From Octopus sinensis (lineage: Eukaryota): a stretch of DNA of 64,000 nt. The stretch spans positions 45,446,001 through 45,510,000 of the forward strand of contig NC_043008.1 of the NCBI RefSeq assembly GCF_006345805.1, read 5' to 3'. A program made the position numbers and the translations under genes. Shown one piece after another: positions 63,855-64,000 of the stretch. The notes below the pieces were generated by a model that was given only the letters and a program-made list of their open reading frames with translations, had not been told where the DNA came from and made no database searches. How positions within the stretch are numbered: position 1 is the stretch's first letter; each line of letters opens with the position of its first letter.

Positions 63855-64000
63855 TATTGATTGATTGATTGATTCTAGTTTCAGCTTATGAGCTGTGGCC
63901 ATGCTGGGGCACCGCCATTTGGTGTTGCTACTTGGTTTTAATTCAAGAAAGCTTTTTAGCAACTGCCATTTGGTGCATGAGAGAGTTCGATGCAGCTGCC
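63855..64000 (-). mobile_element. 3' end of a family A LINE, extending beyond the window
   Basis: Reverse complement matches 51462-51600 (GGCAGCTGCATCGAACTCTCTCATGCA..GGCGGTGCCCCAGCATGGCCACAGCTCATAAGCTGAAACTAGAATCAATC). Confidence 0.85.

Overview
AT-rich, microsatellite-dense animal DNA. It is probably octopus or another cephalopod, inferred from recalled SINE and LINE family sequences and not verified. I cannot support any host protein-coding gene, rRNA, tRNA or CRISPR array. The window is a mosaic of mostly degraded transposable elements: many CR1/L2-group LINE copies of two families (called A and B here), R4/Dong-like, HERO-like and RTE LINE pieces, tRNA-derived SINEs, two DD37D-like Tc1/mariner remnants, a Helitron helicase remnant, and two Penelope-like element (PLE) remnants (an RT and a Naiad/Chlamys-type GIY-YIG). 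The most interesting signal is a set of non-coding elements with hammerhead ribozyme (HHR) motifs and PLE-like ends. (1) A ~361-bp x 7.6 tandem array at 46987-49988 sits inside a LINE, flanked by a 12-bp target-site duplication. It starts with a ~260-bp fold-back, and each monomer carries a type I HHR with the rarer U3:A8 core. (2) An unrelated ~455-bp x 6.5 array at 9552-12556 also has a fold-back start and a U3:A8 HHR-like motif. (3) A ~780-bp near-perfect palindrome carries a degenerate U3:A8 motif. (4) A solo canonical type I HHR lies at 45195-45237 on the minus strand. Together these look like a retrozyme-like (ribozyme satellite/circular RNA) system mobilised by PLE machinery. Also notable are a LINE ORF1 combining a Myb/SANT-like trihelix domain with CCCH zinc fingers, and covarying 3' stem-loops shared by the LINEs and a SINE. 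All structures were folded by eye and need computational and experimental confirmation.
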